Of a stretch of 55,260 nt of DNA, positions 13,999 through 23,904 are shown piece by piece. Numbering within the stretch: the first letter of the stretch is position 1; the number at the start of each line of letters is the position of its first letter. A program made the translations under genes and the position numbers. A model generated the notes under the pieces. That model was not told the origin of the DNA. It searched no databases and worked only from the letters and a program-made list of their open reading frames with translations. Origin of the DNA: Minisyncoccota bacterium (GTDB lineage: Bacteria; Patescibacteriota; Minisyncoccia; Phycocordibacterales; SBAW01). The DNA lies in NCBI GenBank assembly GCA_035548815.1, contig DASZSF010000004.1, positions 1-55,260 on the forward strand, given 5' to 3'.

Positions 13999-16068
13999 TT
14001 ACTGAATCGCAGTCATTTGATCTTGGCGTGTCCATCCATAGCAGCCATTGTTGTAGTCAATGTGCCACCAGGTGTAGCCATCGTTCTTGACCGGGCCCTC
14101 TTCAACATCACCAACCGAACCTGCCGGTTGCGTACAGCGAACTTTGGCTCGGAGTTCCGTCTTCGTGTAGGCGTTGATCTTTGTCGTGGTCTTTATCTTG
14201 CCGCCAATGTGGAACTGTGGAGTGTTTGAAAGCGTTGTTGCAGAAACAGTGCTTGAGAGCGCTGACGTATTACCTGCCGCATCAAAGGCAGATACTGCAT
14301 AGGTGTACTGCGTCGATGCGGTAAGTCCAGCATCTACGTATGACGTCGACTGACTGATAGCAACCTTTGTGCCGCCGCGATACACGTTGTACCCCGCAAC
14401 ACCGATATTGTCGCTCGAAGCTCTCCACGAAAGCGTTATCTGAGTCGACGAATTTGCGGTGGCGCTTACATTCGTCGGTGTCGAGGGTGTCGACGTATCA
14501 GATGCTGCCTGTGTCTTTGCCGATGCAGTGCCTGATTTTGCTGAGACGTTTCCTGCAGCATCGTATGCATCTACTGTGTAGCTGTATGTGGTTGCAGCTG
14601 ACAAACCAGTGTCAGTGAATGACGTGCCTTGGCTTGTGCCTACTTTGGTCCCGCCGCGATACACGTTGTAGCCTGTGACACCAACGTTATCAGTCGATGC
14701 GCTCCATGAGAGTGTAATTTGCGTTGCCGAATTTGCCGTTGCAGAAAGTCCGGTCGGTACGGAAGGCGCTGCAGTGTCGGCAGGAGCACCCGTCTGCTGT
14801 GCACCCACAAACGTGGTAACGCTCTTTGCTGGCAGAGTTGCTGTGAAGGCGCCGTTCGATGTAAGTATAGCGGCTTGAGCTTTGAGGTCTTCTGTTGCTG
14901 ACGTGCGCCATGGAGTTACCGAGGTCAGATTGGTGTCAACCTGCGTGCTCAAGGTGTAGCTCGAGCTCGTCTGGTTGATAGCAACGAGCGCGAACTTGCC
15001 TGTTGAAGGGTCCTTGTATGCAGACACCAAGATGCCAGTGGCAGGACTTGGGGTTGCTGCAATGCGCACAAAGCCCGGGCGCACGAAGCGTGCGAAGTTC
15101 CCCATCGTCCACAGACGCTTTGCAGGCTTCAGGTTGTAGTCGAGGAGTCCTTGGTTGTCATTATTGTAGAGCGTCCAGAACCACCAGTAGTCCCACGAGT
15201 TAACGTTGGCAACAGTAAGCCAGTTATGCGCATCTGCCGCCCAGCGAAGGCCGTTGTCTATCGAACCGTCGAACGTGTCATGGATGGTCGAAATTTCCGA
15301 CATCCAGAACTCCTTGCCCTGTGCAAGCGGATATACCGACGGGGAGTTGTAGTTGTAGTTATGGCTTGCGACGATGCCAACATACTGCGCAGCAGCAGGG
15401 TCCTGCATCGTAGCGTCAGCAAGGCTAAAGTCCCACCAGCTTTCTTCCGGTGCCATTATCTTGGTCGTGATGCCATTGGCCTGGAATGCCGGTCCGAGGT
15501 TGTTGAGGATGAAATCGTGAAGGTTCTGTCCCGTCCACAATGCTGTGTCGTAGGTAGATGTGTAGTCCGGCTCATTTTGAACCGAAAGTGCGTACAATGT
15601 AACGCCATACTGCGACTTCACTTTCTTCACGTAATTGGTCAGGTAGTCAGCATATGCTTGGTATGAGCCTGCTGCGAGCGAACCTCCATTCAAGTTGTTG
15701 TTCGTCTTCATTGACGGCGGAGGGGTCCACGGAGTTGCCCATGCGCGTGCGCCGCGAGCAACTGCCTTTTGCATAGTCGGGCCGCATTCAACCGTTCCGT
15801 CGGTAGGAACGCGTGCACGGATAAGTGACAGACCTGCTCCCGATGTCGTCGAGAAAAAGAGGTCGGCCTGCGCGTCGGTCATGTCAGGAAGCCATGGGCA
15901 TCCCGCACCAAACCCTACGATTGTCTGATATGTCTGATTCCACGAAACAGTAACGTTTGATGCGTGTGCAGGTGACACGACAATAAGCACAGCTACAAAC
16001 ACAGCGACCGCAATCCGTGCTAACGAAAGAATAGAGTCGCGTACGGACTCTGTAACAGTAGATGCCAT
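13999..16068 (-). CDS. Secreted glycoside hydrolase family 30-like enzyme with 2x fibronectin type III domains and a C-terminal SH3b-like domain
   Basis: An N-terminal signal anchor is present. The GH30-like core contains GFGAG, LSVQNEPDY, SHNYNYN and FWMSEIS. Two about 90-aa FN3 repeats follow (LSWSASTDNVGVTGYNVYRGGTKV), then a C-terminal GYTWWHIDYNNGCYGWTRQD. Confidence 0.7.
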   Translation of the reverse strand: MASTVTESVRDSILSLARIAVAVFVAVLIVVSPAHASNVTVSWNQTYQTIVGFGAGCPWLPDMTDAQADLFFSTTSGAGLSLIRARVPTDGTVECGPTMQKAVARGARAWATPWTPPPSMKTNNNLNGGSLAAGSYQAYADYLTNYVKKVKSQYGVTLYALSVQNEPDYTSTYDTALWTGQNLHDFILNNLGPAFQANGITTKIMAPEESWWDFSLADATMQDPAAAQYVGIVASHNYNYNSPSVYPLAQGKEFWMSEISTIHDTFDGSIDNGLRWAADAHNWLTVANVNSWDYWWFWTLYNNDNQGLLDYNLKPAKRLWTMGNFARFVRPGFVRIAATPSPATGILVSAYKDPSTGKFALVAINQTSSSYTLSTQVDTNLTSVTPWRTSATEDLKAQAAILTSNGAFTATLPAKSVTTFVGAQQTGAPADTAAPSVPTGLSATANSATQITLSWSASTDNVGVTGYNVYRGGTKVGTSQGTSFTDTGLSAATTYSYTVDAYDAAGNVSAKSGTASAKTQAASDTSTPSTPTNVSATANSSTQITLSWRASSDNIGVAGYNVYRGGTKVAISQSTSYVDAGLTASTQYTYAVSAFDAAGNTSALSSTVSATTLSNTPQFHIGGKIKTTTKINAYTKTELRAKVRCTQPAGSVGDVEEGPVKNDGYTWWHIDYNNGCYGWTRQDQMTAIQ
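14233..14766 (-). repeat. Tandem duplication encoding the two FN3 domains
   Basis: aa 435-527 and aa 528-612 of the GH30 protein are clearly paralogous (PS.PT..SATANS.TQITLSW.AS.DN.GV.GYNVYRGGTKV). Confidence 0.8.
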
Positions 16069-16155
16069 CTAAGAATAGTGCTAAACGGACAGAATAATTT
16101 TAAAAAACCTCGTGCCGCACCAAACATGAAGACCAAAGAAACCACCTCTACTATA

Positions 16156-16845
16156 CTACCATCCCTTGGCCTCCAGGGCGGCGCGGGCAGCGGACTGTTC
16201 AGCCTCTTGCTTTGAGCGGCCTTCTCCGTGCGCTAGCTGGGCACTTCCTGCATAGACGCCGACAATAAAATGCTTGTCGTGGTCAGGACCAGTCTCTTTA
16301 ATGACGCTGTAGTGCGGCGTGAGGCTCTGATGCTCCTGCACTTTTTCCTGCAATGTAGACTTCGCATCCTGCCACAAACGATTCCTGAGTATGTCTTCCA
16401 TCTTGGGGAACAGATGTTCGGTGATGAATTCTTTAGCCGAGTCGTATCCTAAATCTAGATAAATAGCGCCAACGACTGCCTCGAATGCATTCGCGAGCAG
16501 CACCTGGCGCGCACGGCCGGTATCTTTTGATTCGCCTTTTGAAAGCAAAAGAAATTCATTCATGCCAAGTACTGCGGCCACTTCTGAAAGCGTGACGGCG
16601 TTCACAAGCGCCGCGCGGTACGCGGTCAAGTCCCCTTCAGGTTTGTCGGGATACTCTTCATACAAAAAGTGCGTTGAGATAAGTTCAAGTACTGCATCCC
16701 CCAAAAATTCGAGACGCTCGTTGTGGCCGGACACTTCACCCCGATGTTCGTTTAGATACGAACGGTGAGTAAAGGCCTGGCGAAGCAGTTGTATATCGTT
16801 AAATTGGAGACCGATCTTCTCTTCGAATGACTGTAAATTCTGCAT
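16156..16845 (-). CDS. rnc: Ribonuclease III
   Basis: FTHRSYLNE...ERLEFLGDAVLELI signature plus a C-terminal dsRBD. Confidence 0.9.
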   Translation of the reverse strand: MQNLQSFEEKIGLQFNDIQLLRQAFTHRSYLNEHRGEVSGHNERLEFLGDAVLELISTHFLYEEYPDKPEGDLTAYRAALVNAVTLSEVAAVLGMNEFLLLSKGESKDTGRARQVLLANAFEAVVGAIYLDLGYDSAKEFITEHLFPKMEDILRNRLWQDAKSTLQEKVQEHQSLTPHYSVIKETGPDHDKHFIVGVYAGSAQLAHGEGRSKQEAEQSAARAALEAKGW

Positions 16846-16887
16846 GCCTGAACGTTATTGGAATTATTTATAGTGAGCGCAGTCGAA

Positions 16888-17793
16888 CTATTTTTTATTG
16901 AGCGTTTCGAGCGCTTTTTGCACGAGCGGGAGCATGTCCTCGTAAAAGTTGAGCTCAAGCGCGTCCTGCACCTTAAACCAGCGTGCATCATCAAGGCCGC
17001 CCGTAACTTTCAGTTGGATCTCGCCCCACGGCGCTTCGGCTAAAAAGTACACGACATGTTTGCGCTTCTTGCCAGTTTTAGGGTCCGACGCAACATATTC
17101 GTTCTCCCCCACTTTGTCCAAAAGTTTTATATCAAGGCCCATCTCTTCTTTTATTTCGCGAATGGTACCCTCTTCAACTGTTTCGTCTTTGAACTCTTCT
17201 TTGTCGCCAATCTTGCCTTTGGACAGCGTCCAGTGGCCGAATATGTCATGCACGAGCGCTAAGTAGATTTCTCCATCATGGCGCGCATAGACCACAGCGC
17301 CGCCCAAGTGCTGCACCGGCAATTGGTCGTAGGGAATGTCTTTTTTCTTTTTCGAGACCTCGTCTTTGCCTGGTTCGCCGAGTTCTTTGTAGACTGCGCC
17401 GAGCACGCCGTTGACGAAGCGTCCGCTGTTTTCTCCGCCGAAGTTTTTAGCGAGTTCGATGGCTTCGTTGATGGCGACTTTGGCAGGAACTTTTTCGCGG
17501 TCAGAAAAGAGCAGTTCAAAGAGGCCCAGCCGCAGAACATTTCTGTCGACGAGCGCGATGCGCGCGATAGGCCACTCAGGCGCGGCTTTTTCGATGACCA
17601 TATCAAGGTCATTCTTGCGCGAAAGCACACCGTCTAGAAGCTCTTCCATAAACGGCAAGTCGCTTGCGCCTGGCGCAAATTCATGAGCGTTTCTATCGAG
17701 AGCCTCTTCTGCTACTTCTTTTTTGCAATCGCGAAAGTCCCATTCAAAGAGGGTTTGAAGAACCACTGACCTTGATAAATGTCTATTCGCCAT
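16888..17793 (-). CDS. nusB: NusB-like antitermination domain fused to a Nudix hydrolase domain
   Basis: aa 1-140 are NusB-like (RSVVLQTLFEWDF...INEAIELAKNFGGENSGRFVNGVLG). aa 160-300 carry a Nudix box, GKIGDKEEFKDETVEEGTIREIKEEMGL. Confidence 0.75.
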   Translation of the reverse strand: MANRHLSRSVVLQTLFEWDFRDCKKEVAEEALDRNAHEFAPGASDLPFMEELLDGVLSRKNDLDMVIEKAAPEWPIARIALVDRNVLRLGLFELLFSDREKVPAKVAINEAIELAKNFGGENSGRFVNGVLGAVYKELGEPGKDEVSKKKKDIPYDQLPVQHLGGAVVYARHDGEIYLALVHDIFGHWTLSKGKIGDKEEFKDETVEEGTIREIKEEMGLDIKLLDKVGENEYVASDPKTGKKRKHVVYFLAEAPWGEIQLKVTGGLDDARWFKVQDALELNFYEDMLPLVQKALETLNKK

Positions 17794-17852
17794 TTCAAAA
17801 AAGAACTAACTGAACTAACAAACACGAACCGAACTTTAAACAAAAACGAGGC

Positions 17853-18077
17853 CTACTTCGCAGCTTCGCTCTTGGTCTTAGCCTTTGCAGCCTTCTTCTT
17901 AGCTTTTGCTGCCATGTCTACAACGACACGTCCGCGGTAGCGGCCGCATTCGGGGCAGGCACGATGAGAAACGCGAACAGCGCCGCACTCACATTTAGCG
18001 AGCGTTTTGCTTGTAAGCGCATGATGCGAACGGCGGTTAGCCGTGTGCGCCCTCGTGTGTCTCATCCTGACTACCAT
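17853..18077 (-). CDS. rpmF: 50S ribosomal protein bL32
   Basis: The ATG at 18077 gives MVVRMRHTRAHTANRRSHHAL...CPECGRYRGRVVV. The track ORF is extended upstream. Confidence 0.85.
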   Translation of the reverse strand: MVVRMRHTRAHTANRRSHHALTSKTLAKCECGAVRVSHRACPECGRYRGRVVVDMAAKAKKKAAKAKTKSEAAK

Positions 18078-18106
18078 GGCCTTACCGTACCAAAAAGCCC
18101 TATAAA

Positions 18107-18694
18107 TTACAAGGACCGGCAAAAACTGCGCCTGTGTATTTCACACAAGCCATGGGTCGCTATCGCCTCTATATGAGCGCGGGTGCCATAGCCTTTATGT
18201 TGGGCAAATCCATATTCCGGAAACTTCCCCGCCAGATCTTTCATAAATCTGTCGCGCGAGACTTTTGCCGCAATGGATGCGAGCGAAATAACCGGCTCTG
18301 TTGCATCGCCCCGGATGATAGTTTGCTGGGCATATTCAGGCGGCGCTTTCAGTAAGCCGTCTAAGAGAACTTCCCTCACCGTAGCGGCATCGGGCGCAAG
18401 CTCGCGCACTCCTCTATATATAGAGTCGAGCACAGCTTTGGTAATCCCCTCTCTATCTATTGTTTCTGCTGAGGCAAACACAATCGTGTACGAAACAACC
18501 TTTTCTGCCTGAAGCTCAAGCAGGCGCTCAAATAGCAGTTCTCGCTTTGTTTCGCTCAAAACTTTAGAGTCCGCAACGCCAGGGAACGCAGTTTTGATAT
18601 CAAAATCGTACGGAACCGCAACAATTCCTACAGACACAGGCCCTGCAAGCGGTCCTCTGCCGGCTTCATCTACGCCTATAAGAAATTCTTTCAC
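18107..18694 (-). CDS. rnhB: Ribonuclease HII
   Basis: GVDEAGRGPLAGPV motif, GTG start. Confidence 0.85.
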   Translation of the reverse strand: MKEFLIGVDEAGRGPLAGPVSVGIVAVPYDFDIKTAFPGVADSKVLSETKRELLFERLLELQAEKVVSYTIVFASAETIDREGITKAVLDSIYRGVRELAPDAATVREVLLDGLLKAPPEYAQQTIIRGDATEPVISLASIAAKVSRDRFMKDLAGKFPEYGFAQHKGYGTRAHIEAIATHGLCEIHRRSFCRSL

Positions 18695-18714
18695 GCTTCT
18701 AGTATACTCGTTGT

Positions 18715-21700
18715 ATGGCTGCGAAATTCGTACACCTCCATGTCCATTCGCACTACTCTTTGCTTGCGGCGCTGCCCAAGCTCCCCGACCTTATAGATGA
18801 GGCAAAACGCCAAGGCCACGAAGCCATCGCGCTCACGGACTTAGGCAACCTCTACGGCGCTATCGAATTTATTAAGGAGTGCCACAAAGCCAATATAAAA
18901 CCGATCATCGGAGTCGATGTCGAGCTTGAAAGCCGCGCGCGGCTCGTGCTTTTGGCCGAAAACAACGCAGGATACGAAAATCTTCTTGCAATTGTTACAG
19001 ATTCATATTTTGCAGCAGACGATAGCAAACCAGTTGTAATACTCGACACACTTCGCAAACATCATGATGGTGTGATAGCGCTCGCTAAATCTTCAATACA
19101 AGATATTGCCTCGCTTAAAGAAATTTTTGGAGAAAAGAATCTCTATGTAGATGTCGCGATGCGCGAAATTTATTATGTGCAGCCCGAAGATCGCCGTGCG
19201 TGGGAGACGATGCGCAAAATCGCGCACAACGACAACGAAGAAAACAACGCATACCTTGAAGAAGAGGATTTCCACTTCCCTTCTGTTGCTGAAATGGAAG
19301 AGCAGTTCAGCGAAGCGCAGCTGGCGCAAACGATTGAGATCGCCGAGCGCTGCAACGTCGACATCACGATTGGGAAATTTATCTTCCCTGAATTCCCCCT
19401 GCCCGCAGGCAAAACGGGCGACGATGTCCTGCGCGAATTGTGCGAAACCGGTTTGCGCGCACGGGGCCTCGAAAATGATCAGGCCGTTCTCGACCGCCTC
19501 AACTATGAACTCGGCATTATCAAATTCAAAGGTTACTCAACCTACTTCCTCGTCGTGGAAGACCTCATCCGTTTTGCGCGCGAGAACAATATCTACACCA
19601 ACATCCGCGGCTCGGTCGCAGGCTCGATGACGACGTATCTTTTGCAGATCACAAAGATCGATCCGTTGGCATATAAGATACCGTTCGAACGCTTCCTGAA
19701 CCCCGAACGCCCATCCGCCCCCGATATCGATATGGACTTTGCCGACGACAGACGTGACGAGGTCATCGAATATGCGCGCCAGAAATACGGCGAAGCCCAC
19801 GTGGCGCAGATTGGCACCTTCGGTACGATGCTCGCCCGCGGCGTTGTCCGCGACGTCGCGCGTGCGCTTGGATACCCCTACGGTTTGGGCGATCGCATTG
19901 CAAAAGAAATTCCAATGGGGTCTCAAGGCTTCCCCATGACGCTTGAACGTGCACTGAACGAAAACCCAGAACTCGCAAAGATGTACAAAGCGGACGCAGA
20001 AGCGCGTGAAATAATCGACCTTGGCAAAAAGCTTGAAGGATGCGCACGCCACGTGGGGGTGCATGCGGCCGGAGTTGTCATTGCACCCCGCCCACTTGTC
20101 GAATACACGCCGCTCCAAAAAGACCCCAAGGGCGGCAAAACGATAACCCAGTACGACATGTACTCGGTCGGCGAAGACGGCGTGGGGCTCACGAAGTTTG
20201 ACTTCCTTGGCATCACCAACCTCACCATGCTTGCAAGCGCGGTCGAACTTATAGAAACAACGCGCGATAAAAAAATCGACATAGAAACTATTCCGCTCGA
20301 CGATGCAAAGACGTTCGAAATGCTCACTCGCGGCGAAACAGAAGCCGTGTTCCAGTTGAACGGCGGCGGCATGACAAAGGCGCTCAAAGAGCTCCGCCCG
20401 ACGAGCATTCACGACATCAACGCAATGGTGGCACTGTATCGTCCGGGGCCGATGCAATTTATTCCGCAGTACATCGAACGCAAACATAATCCGTCGCGCA
20501 TTAAATATTTCGACCCGGCGATGGAGCCTATTCTGAAACAAACATACGGCATCCTTGTGTACCAAGACGACCTGCTGATCATGGCCAACCAGCTCGCGGG
20601 TTACAGTTGGGGAGAAGTGGACAAATTCCGCAAAGCCGTTGGTAAAAAGATTCCGGAAGAGATGGCGAAGCAGAAAGAGAAATTCATCGAAGGCTGCATC
20701 TCCACAAGCGGCTGGCCGCGCGCAAAGGCAGAGCGTGTCTGGGAGTGGATCGAGCCGTTTGCTGCGTACGGTTTTAACAAAGCACATTCCGCAAGCTATG
20801 GCCGCGTTGCATATCAAACCGCATATTTGAAGGCAAACTACGGTGTTGAATATTTGTCTGCCGCTCTTACTGCCGATGCAGGAGATGTCGATAAAGTTGC
20901 AGTGCTTGTGCAGGAATGCAAGCGTATGGGCATCGACGTTCTTCCGCCTGATATCAACCACAGCTTCGGCGACTTTACTGCAATACTTGGCAGCAACAAC
21001 AAAGAGCGTAGCAGGAAGGCTGCAAGTTTGGCCGGAGACGCACAGGATGACGCGATCCGTTTTGGTCTCTATTCAATAAAAAATTTCGGCGAGGGTGTTG
21101 CTGATGAGATTATTAAAGAACGCAAAGAGAACGGCCCGTTCACAACGCTGTCTGATTTTCTCACACGCACTGCAGGCGCATCACTCAACAAAAAGAGTTT
21201 GGAGTCGCTCATCCAATGCGGCGCGCTCGACTCGCTTGGCGAGAGAGGCCAGATGCTTGCGAACTTAGAGTTGATGCTGCAATTTCAAAAAGATGCCGGA
21301 GCTGAGCAATCGCAGGACTCGCTTTTTGCAGGGCTTGGAAACGCAAGTGGCGAGATACAACTCGCTCCTGCGGCACCCGCCCCGCAACACGAGCGCTTGG
21401 CATGGGAAAAAGAATTGCTCGGACTCTATGTCTCCGGGCATCCGCTCGACCAGCATAAAGAAAAACTCTCGAAGCGCCCGATGACTATTGGCCAGATGAA
21501 GCAAAAAATAATGCCTGGCATGACCGCTGTTGCTGCCGGGATGATACAAGACATGCGAGTCATTTTAACCAAAGGCGGCGACCAGATGGCGTTCATAAAA
21601 ATCGCTGACTACGACGGCACTATCGAGGCCGTTGTCTTCCCAAAAAACTTCACCGAACATAAAGATATCTTGAAGCCCGACACCTGCATTGCACTCAAAG

Positions 21701-21762
21701 GGCGTCTTTCCAACAGAAATGGCGAACTTTCGATGGTTGCCGAAGCGCTGAAAGCTTTATAG
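18715..21762 (+). CDS. dnaE: DNA polymerase III alpha subunit
   Basis: 1015 aa with a PHP N-terminus (HLHVHSHYSLL), the pol III alpha core and a C-terminal OB fold. Confidence 0.9.
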   Translation: MAAKFVHLHVHSHYSLLAALPKLPDLIDEAKRQGHEAIALTDLGNLYGAIEFIKECHKANIKPIIGVDVELESRARLVLLAENNAGYENLLAIVTDSYFAADDSKPVVILDTLRKHHDGVIALAKSSIQDIASLKEIFGEKNLYVDVAMREIYYVQPEDRRAWETMRKIAHNDNEENNAYLEEEDFHFPSVAEMEEQFSEAQLAQTIEIAERCNVDITIGKFIFPEFPLPAGKTGDDVLRELCETGLRARGLENDQAVLDRLNYELGIIKFKGYSTYFLVVEDLIRFARENNIYTNIRGSVAGSMTTYLLQITKIDPLAYKIPFERFLNPERPSAPDIDMDFADDRRDEVIEYARQKYGEAHVAQIGTFGTMLARGVVRDVARALGYPYGLGDRIAKEIPMGSQGFPMTLERALNENPELAKMYKADAEAREIIDLGKKLEGCARHVGVHAAGVVIAPRPLVEYTPLQKDPKGGKTITQYDMYSVGEDGVGLTKFDFLGITNLTMLASAVELIETTRDKKIDIETIPLDDAKTFEMLTRGETEAVFQLNGGGMTKALKELRPTSIHDINAMVALYRPGPMQFIPQYIERKHNPSRIKYFDPAMEPILKQTYGILVYQDDLLIMANQLAGYSWGEVDKFRKAVGKKIPEEMAKQKEKFIEGCISTSGWPRAKAERVWEWIEPFAAYGFNKAHSASYGRVAYQTAYLKANYGVEYLSAALTADAGDVDKVAVLVQECKRMGIDVLPPDINHSFGDFTAILGSNNKERSRKAASLAGDAQDDAIRFGLYSIKNFGEGVADEIIKERKENGPFTTLSDFLTRTAGASLNKKSLESLIQCGALDSLGERGQMLANLELMLQFQKDAGAEQSQDSLFAGLGNASGEIQLAPAAPAPQHERLAWEKELLGLYVSGHPLDQHKEKLSKRPMTIGQMKQKIMPGMTAVAAGMIQDMRVILTKGGDQMAFIKIADYDGTIEAVVFPKNFTEHKDILKPDTCIALKGRLSNRNGELSMVAEALKAL

Positions 21763-21773
21763 AGTAGAGAGAT

Positions 21774-22988
21774 ATGGAAGAACGCGACCACCGAATCATC
21801 GGCAAGGAATTAGACCTATTCACGTTTTCAGATTTAGTGGGTTCCGGCCTCCCGTTGTGGACGCCAAAAGGTACGGTATTCCGCACCGAGCTTGATAAAT
21901 TTATTTGGGAAATGCGCGAAGCCCGCGGATACGAACGGGTCACTATCCCCCATATCACCAAGCGCGACTTGTACGAACGTTCGGGCCACTGGGAAAAATT
22001 CTCTGAAGACCTCTTCCGCATCACATCACGCGAAGGCCGCGAATACGCGATGAAGCCGATGAACTGCCCGCATCACACGCAGATCTTTGATCGCAAACCG
22101 CACAGCTATCGCGAAATGCCCCAGCGCTATGCAGAAACTACCATGGTGTACCGAGACGAACAGTCCGGTGAACTTGGCGGTCTTACGCGCGTGCTTTCCA
22201 TAACACAAGACGACGCGCACGTATTTTGCCGCACCACACAAGTCCGCGAAGAATTTCTCAAGATCTGGGACATCGTCGACACCTTCTATCAAAAATTTGG
22301 ATTCACATTGCGCGTGCGCCTTTCCTTCCGCGACCCGGCAGCTCCTGAAAAGTATATCGGAACACCAGAAGTCTGGGATAAGGCAGAAGGCGAATTGCGC
22401 AGCTTGGCAGAAGAGCGCGGTGCGGACACCTTCGAAGGTCCAGGCGAGGCAGCCCTCTATGGCCCCAAACTCGACTTTATGGCAAAGAATGCTGCTGGCC
22501 GCGAGTGGCAAGTTGCAACCATTCAGCTCGACATGAATATTCCTGAACGCTTTGACCTAACGTGCGTTAACGAAAAAGGCGAAAAGGAACGTATTGTTAT
22601 GATCCATGCCGCAATCGCAGGTTCGCTTGAACGCTGTGCCGCAGTATTGCTCGAACACTTCGACGGCGCGTTGCCGCTGTGGCTCTCGCCTGTACAGGTT
22701 GCAGTGCTCCCTGTTGGCGAAACTCACAAAGCATATGCGGACGACGTTGTTGCAGAGCTAAAGAAAAATGGCATGCGTGTTGAATTACTTGCAGACGACT
22801 CGCTCGGCAAACGCATCCGCGAAACCAAAGTCAGCAAAGTCCCTTGTTTTATCGTTGTCGGAGACAAAGAAGTTGCAGACAAAACAGTGACGGTTGAGAA
22901 CAACAGAAATGGCGACAAGCAGACTGTGCTCATCGCCGATTTCATCGCACCTATGCTCGAACGCATTCGCGAACGCGCGAATAGTTAG
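21774..22988 (+). CDS. thrS: Threonine--tRNA ligase, catalytic core plus anticodon-binding domain only (no TGS or editing domains)
   Basis: It starts at ERDHRIIGKELDLFTF, which lies around residue 240 in full-length bacterial ThrRS. Class II motifs and a C-terminal anticodon-binding domain are present. Confidence 0.85.
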   Translation: MEERDHRIIGKELDLFTFSDLVGSGLPLWTPKGTVFRTELDKFIWEMREARGYERVTIPHITKRDLYERSGHWEKFSEDLFRITSREGREYAMKPMNCPHHTQIFDRKPHSYREMPQRYAETTMVYRDEQSGELGGLTRVLSITQDDAHVFCRTTQVREEFLKIWDIVDTFYQKFGFTLRVRLSFRDPAAPEKYIGTPEVWDKAEGELRSLAEERGADTFEGPGEAALYGPKLDFMAKNAAGREWQVATIQLDMNIPERFDLTCVNEKGEKERIVMIHAAIAGSLERCAAVLLEHFDGALPLWLSPVQVAVLPVGETHKAYADDVVAELKKNGMRVELLADDSLGKRIRETKVSKVPCFIVVGDKEVADKTVTVENNRNGDKQTVLIADFIAPMLERIRERANS

Positions 22989-23836
22989 GCAGTAATTTCG
23001 AAGAAGTATTCTTCAGCTTTTCGTGCGATTTTGTCCTGCACGCGCTTTACAACAACGAGGTAAGTGCCGAGCGCTGCCCAAACCGCCAAAAATGCCCAGT
23101 AGATGGCCGTGCCAATAGGACCCAAGTCGAGACCAGTATATGGCACTTGAGCCAGCAAGACCGTTTGCGTAAGAGTCGGAGCAGCGTAGGCTACCTGCGC
23201 TGCGTAGTAGTAGCAGTTCGGGTATGAGCCCATGTAGCCTGGCGGACAGTAGAAGCTGTACGGAGGATACTGAGGGGGCGGTGTGCCGCCGCAGTTAACC
23301 GTGCAGACTGGAGGATAGCAGTTTGTGTTGCAGATAGGAGGATTGCAGTTTGAAGTACAGCCTGGAGTGGTGCAGTTCGGAGGAGTCCCTGTCGTTCCAG
23401 GAGGGCAGCTTGGAACAACGCAGTTCGGATACGTGCCCGTCGTACCAGCTGGGCATGTAGGTGTTGAAGGCGGAATCACCGGAATGATAGGGGTGTCGCC
23501 AGTTACAGCGCCAGCATCACCGCCAGTAATTCCAGTATCGCCACCGCCACCGCAGCAACCGCCGCCAGTACCTGCATCACCATCACCATTTGCACCTCCG
23601 TCACCAGCGCCTCCAGCGCCTCCAGCGCCATCGCCACTGTCGCCACCTGCACCGCCGTCTCCGTCGCCACTGCCGTCTTGTGCGTGTGCAACATGGGCAT
23701 GGAATGCTGAAAGCACATTGCTGTGATCAGGGGTTGAAAACGAAACTGCGCCCGCTATAAAAAGGCCGGCAATCAAAAGGGCGCCCGCTACGCGTGCTGC
23801 AACAAAGAAAGCTGATGTGGTGGTTGTATTCTGCAT
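22985..23836 (-). CDS. Low-complexity surface protein (Gly/Asp-rich, then a Cys/Pro/Thr-rich CPPGTTGT.PNC region) with a C-terminal VPYTG sortase-type sorting signal
   Basis: It has an N-terminal signal anchor. VPYTGLDLG (23132-23146) is followed by a hydrophobic helix and KR. This C-terminus is paralogous to that of 26005..27141. Confidence 0.7.
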   Translation of the reverse strand: MQNTTTTSAFFVAARVAGALLIAGLFIAGAVSFSTPDHSNVLSAFHAHVAHAQDGSGDGDGGAGGDSGDGAGGAGGAGDGGANGDGDAGTGGGCCGGGGDTGITGGDAGAVTGDTPIIPVIPPSTPTCPAGTTGTYPNCVVPSCPPGTTGTPPNCTTPGCTSNCNPPICNTNCYPPVCTVNCGGTPPPQYPPYSFYCPPGYMGSYPNCYYYAAQVAYAAPTLTQTVLLAQVPYTGLDLGPIGTAIYWAFLAVWAALGTYLVVVKRVQDKIARKAEEYFFEITA

Positions 23837-23904
23837 ACTTGTAATACTTGGTAATAATTCGAACGACTCTTTATCGAAAGCCGATTATACATAATCGGTC
23901 CTCG

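Noticed and set aside
14233-14766. Tandem repeats here, the repeated 94-nt pilin modules (45643-48565) and the DYANYSP repeats (26710-27018) were considered as possible CRISPR arrays.
   Set aside because: All lie inside ORFs and encode paralogous protein segments. There is no short direct repeat with unique spacers of regular period, and no cas genes are present.
19537-20961. A 474-aa ORF antisense to dnaE. Similar long antisense ORFs lie at 38302-39243 (versus prfA), 45375-46343 (versus the pilins), 51115-51873 (versus the giant gene), 12722-13309 (versus smc) and 6039-6752 (versus rpoB).
   Set aside because: These are shadow ORFs on the opposite strand of well-supported conserved genes. 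Their sequences are low-complexity and Arg/Cys/His-rich with no recognisable motifs. That is typical of stop-poor antisense frames in mid-to-high GC coding DNA.
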